Shown piece after piece: positions 49,185-62,161 of a stretch of DNA of 64,000 nucleotides. The DNA lies in the NCBI GenBank assembly GCA_002633005.1, contig NMRA01000818.1:32485-96484 (forward strand), given 5' to 3'. The first letter of the stretch is position 1. Each line of letters starts with the position of its first letter. The notes beneath the pieces were generated by a model. It was not told the DNA's origin. It worked only from the letters and a program-made list of their open reading frames with translations, and ran no database searches. A program made the position numbers and the translations under genes. This DNA comes from Phoronis australis (taxonomy: Eukaryota; Animalia; Phoronida).

Positions 49185-50699
49185 ATTGCTCTCCGGTGAC
49201 TACTCCTTCACATCATTCTCATGGGCAAGTCTGCCAACAGTATCTTTGGCATCAATGCTGCAGAATGTAGAGGCACCCTGAGTTTTCTCCATGGAAATAG
49301 GGGCTGCGACAGCTGTCTGCTTGGTTGTCTCTTTGTTAGCAAATGTTGGTGTCAACCTATGGTCAGACAGCAAATGGACTTATGTGCCATTTCTGATTAC
49401 TTTTTGGTTTCTCTCTGGTATGTCGACAATAGTACAGCCGCACATTGACAGGTTCCCCATTGTTATGTTTCTTGGCGTTATTCATGACAGTAAAGGTTTA
49501 GGTTAAGTTAACGTCTAAGGCTGGTCTGTCTCAAGCTGCATTGCCTGTTTAAGTNGCAAATGTTGGTGTCAACCTATGGTCAGACAGCAAATGGACTTAT
49601 GCGCCATTTGTTATTACTTTTTGGTGTCTCTGGTATATCGACAATAGTACAGCCACACATTGACAGGTTCCTCATTGTTATGTTTCTTGGCATTATTCAT
49701 GACAGTAAAGGTTTAGCTTAAGTTAACGTCTAAGGCTGGTCTGTCTCAAGCTTCATTGCCTGTTTAAGTTAATGATGTCTCGGAATGTAAAATAAATTGC
49801 ATTATTTTTTTACCAAGACTAAATTATTTCTTAATTTATTTTTTGAGAGATATTTGTGACTTGACTGAGAAAATGTTACTGTCAAATTAATGACTTGCGT
49901 CTTTCCATTTTCTTGCATCACGATACTATTTTTTCACCAAGAGCAAAATATTGCTTATTTTGTTTTTTATGGCATTTGTGACTTACGTGATTGAGAAAAT
50001 GTCATAGCCAATTTTATAAACTGTCGCATGATCGTTTTAATACCACTGCAATGTGCAGCCATAGCCTGTTCACCGCATTTTTGTCCTGTTGACTCATGTT
50101 CTCAAAGTCACCACTGAAAGTTATGATGTACTTCTTGATATGAAAGAAAGAAGATCACATTTTGATCAATGTTCTCTGGTCTCAAATTTTGTGAATGTTG
50201 TCATAGATGTTTCTTGCCTTCTCGCATTGCACACAAATAGAATTCTGATAGTATATTGTCTTCATCTGACCAGACTGACTTCCTAGCAGTGGATATGGCA
50301 TTGTCTTGTTCCATTAGGCTTAGGTCTTGGTTTTTAGCTCGGTCTTCACGGTCTTGTTCCATCAGGCTTAGTGATAATTTTCAGGTCATTCATTACTGTC
50401 TTTCCCAGCCACAATTAGTCTTGCAGTTTCATAGTGCTCAGTGTTAATTGTTAGCTCAATAATGCTTTTCTCCGTTCAGGCTTAGTCTTAAGATGGCCTC
50501 TTTGGAATGTTGCACATTCCAAGAATGAATATGGCATTGTCTTCTTCGATCGGGCTTAGGTCTTGGTTTTTAGCTCGGTCTTCATGGTCTTGTTCCATCA
50601 GGCTTAGTGATAATTTTCAGCTCATTCATTATTGTCTTCCCCAGCCACAATTAGTCTTGCACTTTCATAGTGCTATAGCCCCCGTTGTGTAACAAGGGT

Positions 50700-52030
50700 C
50701 GCCATACTCTGACAAGTCACTCAGATTCATCTCAACGTGAAGACTGCCTGATCTGTACAGTTTCAACAAATTTTACTTTTGCCACTTCATGAATTTAACC
50801 GATGGATTCTGATGACGAAATTTTCCGTGACTGTAAAAAGCTACAAGCTGAAATTCAAAACTTTTCATTAGGGTTAGGGTGATTAGCGTGCTCCTCAGTG
50901 TTGGATCAGGTTGTTAGACCTTGATTGGTATTAATGTAGATTTTAGCCCCGCCCCTGGAGTTTCATAATACAATTGGTTCCAGCGTTGGGCCTCATTTCA
51001 TTTTTGGCCCAGGAGTGGGATGGCAACAGAGCGAGCACTCTCTGGCAGCTGAGTGAGCACTCTCTATCTCCAAGTTTGATATCGCCTGCTTGCTTGACAT
51101 TGGCAACTTGCAAGAAGAGGCTGAGTACATTTCTTCGGTACACGAGATGTTTGGTGGTCTGTGTGATATGATAAGGTACAACTGAACCCACTTGAGAGAG
51201 AGAGAGATTGCAATGTTGAAAAAGTGAAACATGTTAGTAATTGTATAATTGTTTCACATGAGTTATTTCCTTCTATTCTTTCACCAAGTCTAAAAAATAT
51301 TGCTTAATTTATGTTCTTTAAAGTTATTCTTGGAAAATGTCGCGCTCCATTTGATGACTTTCATCTTTCCATTGTCCTGCATCATTTCTGTAGCTCCTCA
51401 GTTTCCCTATGCAATGAAGAGCAAAACAACCTGCTTTACTAAACTGTCACAATCGTCTCGTCTTCTTGTTGCTGTGTTGTTGCCAGTATGTTATGACCGG
51501 CTAGTGGCAACAATGATAATGATACTGTTATAATAATAATATATTGAAGAAATAAAAATTATGTAAGCAACAGTTACAATATAGCTAGCAAGACATGACA
51601 CGTCTTACGTTCTTGGAATGAAACCAACTACTAACAAAGAGTTCTGGCATGGTCCCCACGTGACCCACGACACGTACTCCGATTAGATAGGTGGAACTGC
51701 TGCAATGAAGTTGTCCAATACTCACACAGTCATGTAGGACTTCTGTGGAGCTATCCGTCTTCATGGGAACGGTCTGCACTGCTCTCTTTTAAGAAATCAG
51801 ATTACTCAATTTTCCCTTTTTTTGAGAGAATGCTTGGATTGCAGATGTTGGTCCACCACCAAGAAAACAACACGTGCATTTTCTCTTACGTTTTGGTGTC
51901 TTCTGGTACACACCGCCATGAATGATTTCAAAGAGTCACTTTAGATTGACAACCATTATGCCGCATTCGTGGCCCTGCCTCTGACTTCTTTCCGTAATTT
52001 TTCAGGCACAGGTTTCTGTAAAAGAAATGA
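50700..52030 (-). pseudogene. Second, more degenerate zinc-finger/tyrosine recombinase copy
   Basis: RRNVLSLFLQVANVKQAGDI; VDQHLQSKHSLKK..LKRAVQTVPMK; homologous to 22.8-24.4 kb. Confidence 0.65.
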
Positions 52031-52149
52031 AAAGTTATTTTTGTTACTATTAATTATTGATTTCAATTGTTACATTGCATGAATGAGAAAAGCCAAGTTT
52101 TTAGCCAAGATTTACTTATGATGCAAAAAAAATGGCTTGCTGTCTGACA

Positions 52150-53250
52150 AGCCGTGTGCGATTTCATGTGGTTGTCGAACATCAAAATTGGCAAAAAAGT
52201 TATCACTTTGCTTCTTGGGAATGAATTCCTCCATTTTTTTCTAAGAAAAAGCAATTTAGTCAGTTATGGTGAGGGTTGGCAGGCCAAGTCTCTACTGCTT
52301 TGAGGATGCATTATCACTTTGACGGAAGTGAAAAGTACCACAGATTCACTTCAACTTTTAATATAGTGTCTTGGACCACAATGCAATATTGACACCGATG
52401 CATGGTGAAGCAATTTACAAATTCCAATTAACCATCGTTTTCAGTGAGTGGGGAGTTCTGTGGAATTTATTTTAATAGTCACAATTAATTAAAATCCATA
52501 ACTGTGGTCCCTGGCATTTGTAGAAGCTGTGTTTTCTGAACTGTGAATTCACTCATTAACAAACAGCCTTGTGTCTTTCTTTGAAATAATATGTCGCCTT
52601 TTTGTGTTTCTGTGTCGCTTTACATCTGGCGTGGTAGTTTGCACTCATGTCCTTAAGTTCAACTGGTTGAGAAACAGATTGTCCCTGCCTGATCGAGATG
52701 CATCTGTCTCTCAGGAAAGATTAGAGTCTGGCCATTTTGTCTGGTAGATCCATATTGGAGAGTTTGTATCTCATGCCATCATGCCATACAGAGTCAAAAC
52801 ATTATGGCACTCGTGCAAAAGTGGTTGCCTAATGCAACTCTGCCGTCTGATGTCAGTCTATGGATGTGTTCGGTTCCTTCACAATTTTTCATATAGGCTC
52901 TCTGCCAGCAATTATAGAGGCCTTTGGAATCCAGTTCTGTGTTGATTCTATTCGTGAGGATTCATTTGAACATTTTGCCTATGTATGATAGCAGACTGAT
53001 TGGGCAGTAGTTGGCTGGGTTAGAGTGGTCTTTGGTTTGGGTATCATGACACCCAGTGCGCTTTTCTCCCATGAAGAGATAGCAGACATTTTGTCAGAAC
53101 GTCGTAGGAGTTGGAATCGCTTCCTGTGCTGCTGTTTTTCTTACACTTAAAAATGGCCGAGCCTAGTTTGGGTTTTAGTGTTGCTGAGTTGAGTGTGTTT
53201 ACTTTGAAGTCTTAACCTGAAAATTCTGGCAACATTGGGTGACAAAGGTG
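52150..53250 (-). pseudogene. Highly decayed CR1/L2-like RT remnant
   Basis: DHSNPANYCPISLLSYIGK (NYRPISL-like motif) and a CQGPQ/PGTT remnant of the QG motif. Confidence 0.5.
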
Positions 53251-53581
53251 ATCCTATAGCTGCTCCCTTGTCAGCGGGTAAAGTTCGCTGTGGAATCTGA
53301 AGGCTGTCAATATGAGGCAGAACATAATTAATTCAGAAAACTGTAACAGCATCACATGCTATTCTGGTCAAACTTGTAACCTTAATGCAGTGCCAGTTCT
53401 GCCTCAGCAGACATGCAGAGTTGCAGACTTGGAAGAGTTACAGGCTCCTTTGGGCGTCCTACACAAGAAATGGCTAAATGACTTCACATGACACATTTCA
53501 CAGTTCACTGATTACTTGTAACAGAAGAAAATAGCTGGAAACTGTCTCTTCTGTGGCTCGTGTGTTTTTCCAGCATTGTAA

Positions 53582-53914
53582 CGTAGAAAATAAATCTGAA
53601 ACTAAATAAGGCGATCCAGATCCTCCCAAGGATACTATTGTTTCATGAAATGAAGAATATAAATCGGTAAATAAAACAACAAGAATGGATCAACTGAAAT
53701 TTGAAATTTTCGGATGTAACAACTTCCTTTATCAACAAAAACAGAAATCAAGTAAAATCAAACACAAAATGACAATTCCATATGTTATATGTCAATTGTC
53801 ATTTTGTGTTTGATTTTACTTGATTTCTGTTTTTGTTGATAAAGGAAGTTGTTACATCCGAAAATTTCAAATTTCAGTTGATCCATTCTTGTTGTTTTAT
53901 TTACCGATTTATAT
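53582..53914. mobile_element. Insertion with a 121-bp perfect inverted repeat and 12-13 bp TSD (Penelope-like structure)
   Basis: Arms 53657-53777 and 53794-53914; TCCAGCATTGTAA on both sides; empty site near 57475. Confidence 0.65.
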
Positions 53915-54367
53915 CCAGCATTGTAAAAATTATCCAATTAAGAACTGTGAATAATTATTTTGTTTAAGCTTAGGCGAGACCTTGTCTTAAATTCTAGACA
54001 TAGCCAGTATTGGCAGTTCCAAAGTCACGAAACACTGGGAAGACCGGACTTACCCTCTCAACTATTTGATAATATGTCCGAAATACCAGAATCATGAAAA
54101 TTTATTTTTATTGGAGTTTTGGTCTCCCAATTTCTAGACTCTGATGAAATTGGAGAATTTTTTCTAGGCATAGCTATTCCGTCTGCAAGTTTTTCTTTCC
54201 ACTTTTCACGCACACTTTGCAAACCTTTTGGTCATGCGTAACCACATCCACTGTTTTGTAATAGCAGAGCACCATGAGAATGCTGTATCCATTCCCATCA
54301 TATTTCATGTAAAAATATGATGTGTAATCGGGCATTGCTGCTGTTTTTTAAGACCTGTTTCTCATAA

Positions 54368-55114
54368 GGCCCTTTCATATTGACTTAACTCCGGTCTGGG
54401 AGCGTCGACGTAAACAGCGCAGTTAACTGGACTGTTCATACTGGCTTCGGTAGTTAATGACCATCGAAGTTATTGCAAGGTAGCGCTGCACGCTAAGATT
54501 TTTTCAGTGTGACAATGTGGGAACATTTAAATGTGCTAAATCACATTAAACTCATTTTTAAATCGATTGGTTATCATTAGAGCAAAAAATAAGTTATTAG
54601 TGACGGCACTACTCTGTAACTGTTGACGATAACAGTGGCACCTGGCGATAACTTCTATTAGACCGGAGTTAAGCGTAGAATCTTGCCCAGCTTTTTATAG
54701 GCTAAGGAGCAACCTACTGGATGGCACTGTTACATGCCTACAACATATAGTGCATGGCAACAAATGGAAACGTCTGTCCGTTTTCCTAAAGGAGACTTGC
54801 AGACTTGAAAACTTTCTTCACGAGGACCCATAATTGGGGTCTCGTGCCTTTGCTCAGGTGTTTTGTGCAATGGACCCAACCAAGAGGCCTGCGCACGTCT
54901 GATGCACCGCAAATGACATCAGACCACCTGCACTGTTTTTTTTTTTTTTTTTGGAGTTAAGCGTTCATACTGCACCGCAGCATCGACGCTGCGGTCTTAA
55001 ATCCACGTATTAACTGCGATGTTAACTGGAGCTGTTAACTTCGATCCAGGACCGGAGTTAAGCGTTCATAGTGACCGCAACTCCCCAAATCATCGACGTT
55101 AGTATGAAGGGCCC
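54368..55114. mobile_element. PIF/Harbinger-like MITE with nested insertion; uninterrupted copy at 57929-58390
   Basis: Ends GGCCCTTTCATATTGAC / GTTAGTATGAAGGGCCC; internal TTAACTCCGGTC inverted motifs. Confidence 0.6.
54677..54952. mobile_element. 276-bp retroposon-like insertion with 12-bp TSD and T17 end
   Basis: GGAGTTAAGCGT at 54665-54676 and 54953-54964; absent from the duplicate near 58230. Confidence 0.7.
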
Positions 55115-58100
55115 TTGTAGAGAATTCATCACTTATTGCTTGTAACACATGGAATGTGTACAATTGAAGATTTTGTATTTGCTGTTTATTTTTCTTCTAT
55201 TTTTGAAACATTTTTGTGGCAAATTAATGATACATTATTGATATGGTGATACACTTGTCAAACAATAAAGGTGCTGTATTCTGAAGTCAAGTGTGTGTTG
55301 CTTGTGGCTGGGATGGTATGCATGGAAAAGTATAAAGAATTTGGTGGTCAGTATATAGTATGGCAAACTTGACCTTTTTTATTCAGAATTTGCTTGCCAT
55401 GTGGCTTGTGAGATTTATATTGCACAATGCAGATGAAAGTGAATGAGAAGGCAGATCACAGCATGTTAAGTTGATACACAGCAGTCTCACAGACAGTCTG
55501 CTTCTGTCATCTCTCTATTATGCAAAACTTAGTTATGTTCAGATCTTGTGAATGGTGGAACAGAGCTTACCCAGAGTGTACTGGAGTATATGAAGATAGA
55601 GCAGACATCGACACTTTACTTGTTTTCAGGCAGTCATATGTGTCTTCTGATGTAAATTATAAGTAAGTGTTCTTTGTGATCTTTTTACCTGATTCTGTCT
55701 GTGCTGCATGATTTGTCAGTGATTTGTCAATTTGCTTTGCACATTCAATTTATTATGCTAGAAACCAATCAGAAACTTACAGCATGGCTTACCACATTGC
55801 AATGCTATGTCTTCTTTTCCATTTTGACTTGTGTTAGTCGTTATATTTAGCTTTTGGGTTATTGGTATGTAGTCAAATATGAGACTAGGTTGAAATGCAA
55901 ACTAGAATTTCATTGATCTCCGGAAACATTCTTAAGATTCATTGATTTTTTACGACATCTGAAATCAAATGCAATTTGTTTTGCTATGTCTTTTAGTCAT
56001 CACTTGTAGTATTGCATGCAATCGGTTGAAATGTTGTTAAGTATTCCCTTGAAATACTATTATTGTGTTTGTGACTAGTTAATAAACTGTAAATCTAACT
56101 TTAGTTTTTCTGAATTTTAAGTTAGCATAGTGTTAAGTGAATGCTTCTAATACTACAGTGACAGTGTGCTGAAGGCCACTGTGCACAGGCACATTGGTGA
56201 AACTTGACCCTTCAGTTCAACCAACCACTTGTTGACACTAGTAGGCTTTAGGCTATAAGGCTTTTATTGATAACTCTTAGGTGGGTAGTACATACCACTA
56301 TCAGTGACCCTTTGACCTAGTGTACTGTTCACATATAACTAAGCAATACATGCAACTTGGTCTGAATAGTGTAAACAGTTAAAGACTGCTGTGAGGAATG
56401 CACAACTGTGCTTCTTATTGAAGACATCCAGGTGTTGAACAGTTGTGTAAAGCACAGGAAAAGGGGCAAGTCCTGGGTCTAATCAAGTGGGGGGTGGGCT
56501 GGTCCCTTCACATTTGAAGCCAAGAATACTCGGTAAAATTCCATTCTCGAAGCCACATTGTGGTCAAAATTAAAGCAAGTTTTCCCCGGTTGTTTATTTT
56601 CTTTGAAAAGGTTTCTGTGCCCCACTCAGGACTACATCACTGGTAGTGCCAATGAGANTAGATGGCTTTTCTGATGTAAAATTTCGTTATTTGCTGTCTA
56701 TGTGGTGTTGAACCAATCTCCATGGAAACTGGTTAGCACTGCTCTCTTTAAGACATCAAAGTACTCAATTGTCCGTTTCTCTAGAGCATGCTTGGATTGT
56801 AGATGTTGGCCCATCCTCATAGGAACAGTGGTACAACTGGTAAAGCCTAATCGTCATAGTCTTCTTCGGTTATGCTTAGTGTTAATTGTTAGCTCAATCA
56901 TGCTCTTCTCCGTTCAGATTTAGTCTTAGATGACCTCTTTGGAATGTTGCACAAGAATGGATATGGCATTGTCTTGTTCCATCAGGCTTAGTGATAATTT
57001 TCAGCTCATTCATTACTGTCTTCCCCAGCCACAATTAGTCTTGCACTTTCATAGTGCTTAGTGTTAATTGTTAGCTCAATCGTGCTTTTCTCCATTCAGG
57101 CTTTGTCTTGAGATGGCCTCTTTGGAATGTTGTACATTCCAAGAATGGATATGGCATTGTCTTCTTCGATCAGGCTTAGGTCTTGGTTTTTAGTTCGGTC
57201 TTCATGGTCTTGTTCCATCAGGCTTAGTGATAATTTTCAGCTCATTCATTACTGTCTTCCCCAGCCACAATTAGTCTTGCAGTTTCGTTGTGCTATTGCC
57301 GCCGTTGTGTAACAAGGGTCGCCAGGTGCCTGGCTTGGAATAGTTACAGACGCCTTTGGGCGTCCTACACAAGAAATGGCTAAATGACTTCACATGACAC
57401 ATTTCACAGTTCACTGATTACTTGTAACAGAAGAAAATAGCTGGAAACTGTCTCTTCTGTGGCTCGTGTGTTTTTCCAGCTTTGTAAAAATTATCCAATT
57501 AAGAACTGTGAATAATTATTTTATTTAAGCTTAGGCGAGAGCTTGTCTTAAATTCTAGACATAGCCAGTATTGGCAGTTCCAAAGTCACGACACACTGGG
57601 AAGACCAGAATTACCCTCTCTACTATTTGATAATATGTCCGAAATACCAGAATCGTGAAAATTCTATTTTTATTGGAGTGTTGGTGTCCCAATTTCTAGA
57701 GTCTGATGAAATTGGAGAATTTTTTTAGCCATAGCTATTCCGTCTGCAAGTTTTTCTTTCCACTTTCCACGCACACTTTGCAAACCTTTTTGTCATGCGT
57801 AACCACATCCACTGTTTTGTAATAGCAGAGCACCATGAGAATGCTGTATTCATTCCCATCACATTTCATGTAAAAATGCGATGTGTAATCGGGCATTGCT
57901 GCTGTTTTTTAAGACCTGTTTCTCATAAGGCCCTTTCATATTAACTTAACTCCGGTCTGGGAGCGTCGACATAAACAGCGCAGTTAACTGGACTGTTCAT
58001 ACTGGCTTCGGTAGTTAATGAACATCGAAGTTATCGCAAGGTAGCGCTGCACGCTAAGATTTTTTCAATGTGACAATGTGGGAACATTTAAATGTGCTAA

Positions 58101-60463
58101 ATCACATTAAACTCATTTTTAAATCGATTGGTTATCATTTGAGCAAAAAATAAGTAGTTATTAGTGACGGCACTACTCTGTAACTGTTGACGATAACAGT
58201 GGCACCTGGCGATAACTTCTATTGGACCGGAGTTAAGCGTTCATACTGCACCGCAGCGTCGACGCTGCGGTCTTAAATCCACGTATTAACTGCGATGTTA
58301 ACTGGAGCTGTTAACTGCGATCCAGGACCAGAGTTAAGCGTTCATACTGACCGCAACTCCCCGAATCATCGACGTTAGTATGAAGGGCCCTTGTAGAGAA
58401 TTCATCACTTATTGCTTGTAACACATGGAATGTGTACAATTGAAGATTGTGTATTTGCAGTTTATTTTTCTTCTATTTTTGAAACATTTTTGTGGCAAAT
58501 TAATGATACATTATTGATATGGTGATACACTTGTCAAACAATAAAGGTGCTGTGTTCTGAAATCAAGTGTGTGTTGCATGTGGCTGGAAGGGTATGCATG
58601 AGAAAGTATAAAGAATTTGGTAATCAGTATATAGTGTGGCAAACTTGACCTTTTTTATTCAGAATTTGCTTGCCATGTGGCTTGTGAGATTTATACTGCA
58701 CAATGCAGATGAAAGTGAATGAGAAGGCAGATCACAGCATGTTAAGTTGATACACTGAGCAGTCTCACAGACAGTCTTCTTCTGTCATCTCTCTATTATG
58801 CAAAACTTAGTTATGTTCAGATCTTGTGAAGGGTGAAACAGAGCTTAACCAGAATGCACTGGGGTTTATGAAGACAGAGCAGACATCGACACTTTACTTG
58901 TTTTCAGGCAGTCATATGTGTCTTCTGATGTAAATTATAAATAAGTGTTCTTTTTGATCTTTTTACTTGATTCTGTCTGTGCTGCATGATTTGTCAGTGA
59001 TTTGTCAATTTGCTTTGCACATTCAATTTTTTTATGCTAGAAACCAATCAGAAACTTACAGCATGGCTTACCCATTGCAATGCTATGTGTACTTTTCCAT
59101 TTTGACTTGTGTTAGTCTTTTGGGTTATTGGTATGTAGTCAAATATGAGACTAGGTTTAGATGCAAACTAGAATTTCATTGATCTCCGGAAACATTCTTA
59201 AGATTCACTGATTTTTTACGACATCTGAAATCAAATGCAATTTGTTTTGCTATGCCTTTTAGTCATCACTTGTAGTATTGCATGCAATCGGTTGAAATAC
59301 TATTATTGTGTTTGTGACTAGTTAATAAACTGTAAATCTAACTTTAGTTTTTCTGAATTTTAAGTTAGCATAGTGTTAAGTGAATGCTTCTAATACTGCA
59401 GTGACAGTGTGCTGAAGGCCACTGTGCACAGGCACATTGGTGAAACTTGACCCTTCAGTTCAGTCAACCACTTGTTGACACTAGTAGGCTTTAGGCTATA
59501 AGGCTTTTATTGATAATGCAGAGCAACTCTTAGATGGGTAGTACATACCACTATCAGTGACCCTTTGACCTAGTGTACTGTTCACATATAACTAAGCAAT
59601 ACATGCAACTTGGTCTGAATAGTGTAAACAGTTATGACTGCTGTGAGGAATGCACTGCTGTGCTTCTTATTGAAGACATTCAGGTGTTGAACAGTTGTGT
59701 AAAGCACAGGAAAAGGGGCAAGTCCTGGGTCTAATCAAGTGGGGGGTGGGCTGGTCCCTTCACATTTGAAGCCAAGAATACTCGGTAAAATTCCATTCTC
59801 GAAGCCACATTGTGGTCAAAATTAAAGCAAGTTTTCCCCGGTTGTTTATTTTCTTTGAAAAGGTTTCTGTGCCCCACTCAGGACTACATCACTGGTAGTG
59901 CCAATGAGACTCTGCCATTCAAGGTTAATTGATACAAAACTGCACATATTTTCAATGTTCCCAGTTGCAAGCTCTGTTTGTGTGACGTGAAGCTTTTATA
60001 CTTTTCCATAAGGTTACAATTAAGTGACTGGTGGAGTGAATCTGGAAAATGGTGATATTTGGATTGTTGTACATAGCTACAACATCAAAACCAATAGTAC
60101 GTGTTCCTGTCAATAAGTGACAGACAAAGCACTATTTTTTACATCTTGAAATGTAAAGTTCATGAGATGGAGGCAGGTGAATACAAAATTCATTTGTCTG
60201 TTTTTTATGTTTTTATGTTAACATAATCCTAAATTCTTGTTGAAAAAATAAAATTATTCCAAAAAATCCAAAGTTGTTTTTTTTTAATTTTATTTCATCA
60301 ATCTTCAGAAAGTCTTATGGCCAGACTGCTCACCAGCTCAGTGAGTGATAAATGGGGCAGAGCTTATAGGTCTAGCTCTAATCTAATCCTGTCAACATCC
60401 AGCAGTGAGGTTGTTGTGCCAGCTGATTTAGCTGTTGTCGTGAGACTTGAAATAAAATAACCA

Positions 60464-61003
60464 GAAGTGTGTTCAACAGAGTGAGCGCCCGCTAGGCTAG
60501 CGTGTACTCGCGAACACAAGGAACAGCTCCTGAACAGCTGTGAGCACTCACTGTGCGATCCAGTATGGCGACTTTGAAGCAGATTGTGTTGAACGTCTTA
60601 GCCGATGAGCTTAGCACTAACAGTCCTTCCTATGGCGTACTGAGCGATAAATATGATTAATGTTTGCCAATAATTATTAATATCGGCAGCCCCAAGACAA
60701 CAACCGTGAAGGCTTTGGCCCGACAAGAATCGAAAATTACGTCGAGGAAACTGTACCTCGCTACAGCGACCCGCAATTTAAGTCGCAGTTTCGTATGAGT
60801 CGGTCAACTTTTGAGGTTAGTTTTCGTGTTACAGAACCATAATGGGTTCATATTTTGCAGACGTGAAGCCTTCGCAGGACGCCATCTTGGAAATCTAAGC
60901 AAACATGCTCTCGAGGTTGTTCGCGAGCGCTAACGTGAACACAGCTTTTCAGGACGAGGGCGCTCAAATCGTTCGCGGGCGCTCACTCTATTGAACACGC
61001 TTC
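60464..61003 (+). mobile_element. Internally deleted PIF/Harbinger DNA transposon
   Basis: About 29-bp TIR GAAGTGTGTTCAACAGAGTGAGCGCCCGC; internal ENYVEETVPRYSDPQFKSQFRMSRSTFE typical of a Harbinger transposase N-terminus. Confidence 0.75.
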
Positions 61004-61899
61004 AGGTTTATGACAATGTGGAAGTTGGTGGCAAACTGGTGAATTCCTGTTCAGAGCTGGAGCCTGTTTGTTCGTCTGCAAAAAAATCGAGTTGAGTACG
61101 CCAAGTCCTACCAAAGTCATCGCTGGAAACGTAGAAATCTTTGTTGGCAAGTGAATATGGAACAGGTTGAGGAGTCCGTTCAGAAATAATGCGTGTGCAA
61201 GAGAAGTCAGAAAAGTGTGGTCTCGTGAGAGGACACATAGCGTCGACGTGGGTAGTGTTGCATTATGCGATGAGTGCATGCACGCGCTGTCAAGACACTG
61301 AGTGCGCGCACGTTAGGACATGAACAACTACATGCAGTCAGAGTAGAAAGTTTTTCGAGGTGAACCATGTTTCTGTGCTAGGAATGCGCAGCATTGGCTA
61401 CAGGAGTAACTAGGCTGCCAAATTCGACGTAATGTTTAACCTGCTGCCAGCAAGAAACAATTAGATAAATAACCAGTGTTTAACATTTCAAAATTTTCCA
61501 GTAACGCAGTGATTTGATACAACACGTATATTGTTTGATGAAGAGAAGGTAACTACAAATAATATTGGAATACTAACACACTTAGTGGAGAGCTCAGATG
61601 AGTCACATAAACAATCAACACATGGTTTTAATGGTGTGTGCTTGGCAACAATGTATGGGTCAATGTTTATGAAATTGCAAATTTGAAATCCACTGATTGC
61701 AAATTAATTTGAAATCCACTGTATCTGAAGTAAAATCTCGTGCCAGGGTTTTCTGATACTTGGACTAGATTTGTACTTGGACAAAAAGTGACCAAATGAC
61801 AGAAGGTGGCGTGCTTGCCACAACTCACATGCAAAATGCGATGAATACTTAGTCATCCAGGTGAGTAAATAATATGTAGAAAGTAAAATCAATTAATGG

Positions 61900-62161
61900 A
61901 CTTACAGATTGAGTTGGTTACGTTGCGTCCTCCTTTCGAGGACTTCGGCAGGCCACTGAGGTGTCACGTGACTCATCATGTGATCGACAGCACAGTTTGC
62001 GGGGGATACTCGTGTAGTGCCCTATCCCACGTCCTTGGCAACAGAAACCTCAGGCCCCCTTGTCTGTTTAGGCTAGGATTCTCAACTCTTTCGTAAATTG
62101 CTTCCTTGACCCCTCTCCTGAACCAATTCTCTTTATCCAGATGCCACAAAATCGAGATCAT
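61900..62161 (-). mobile_element. Penelope-like GIY-YIG endonuclease C-terminal fragment
   Basis: NWFRRGVKEAIYERVENPSLNRQGG. Confidence 0.75.

Larger units (their letters stand above)
53428..59909. repeat. Direct segmental duplication 53428-56657 vs 57334-59909
   Basis: Colinear, high identity; first copy has two extra insertions and ends at the N gap. Confidence 0.9.
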
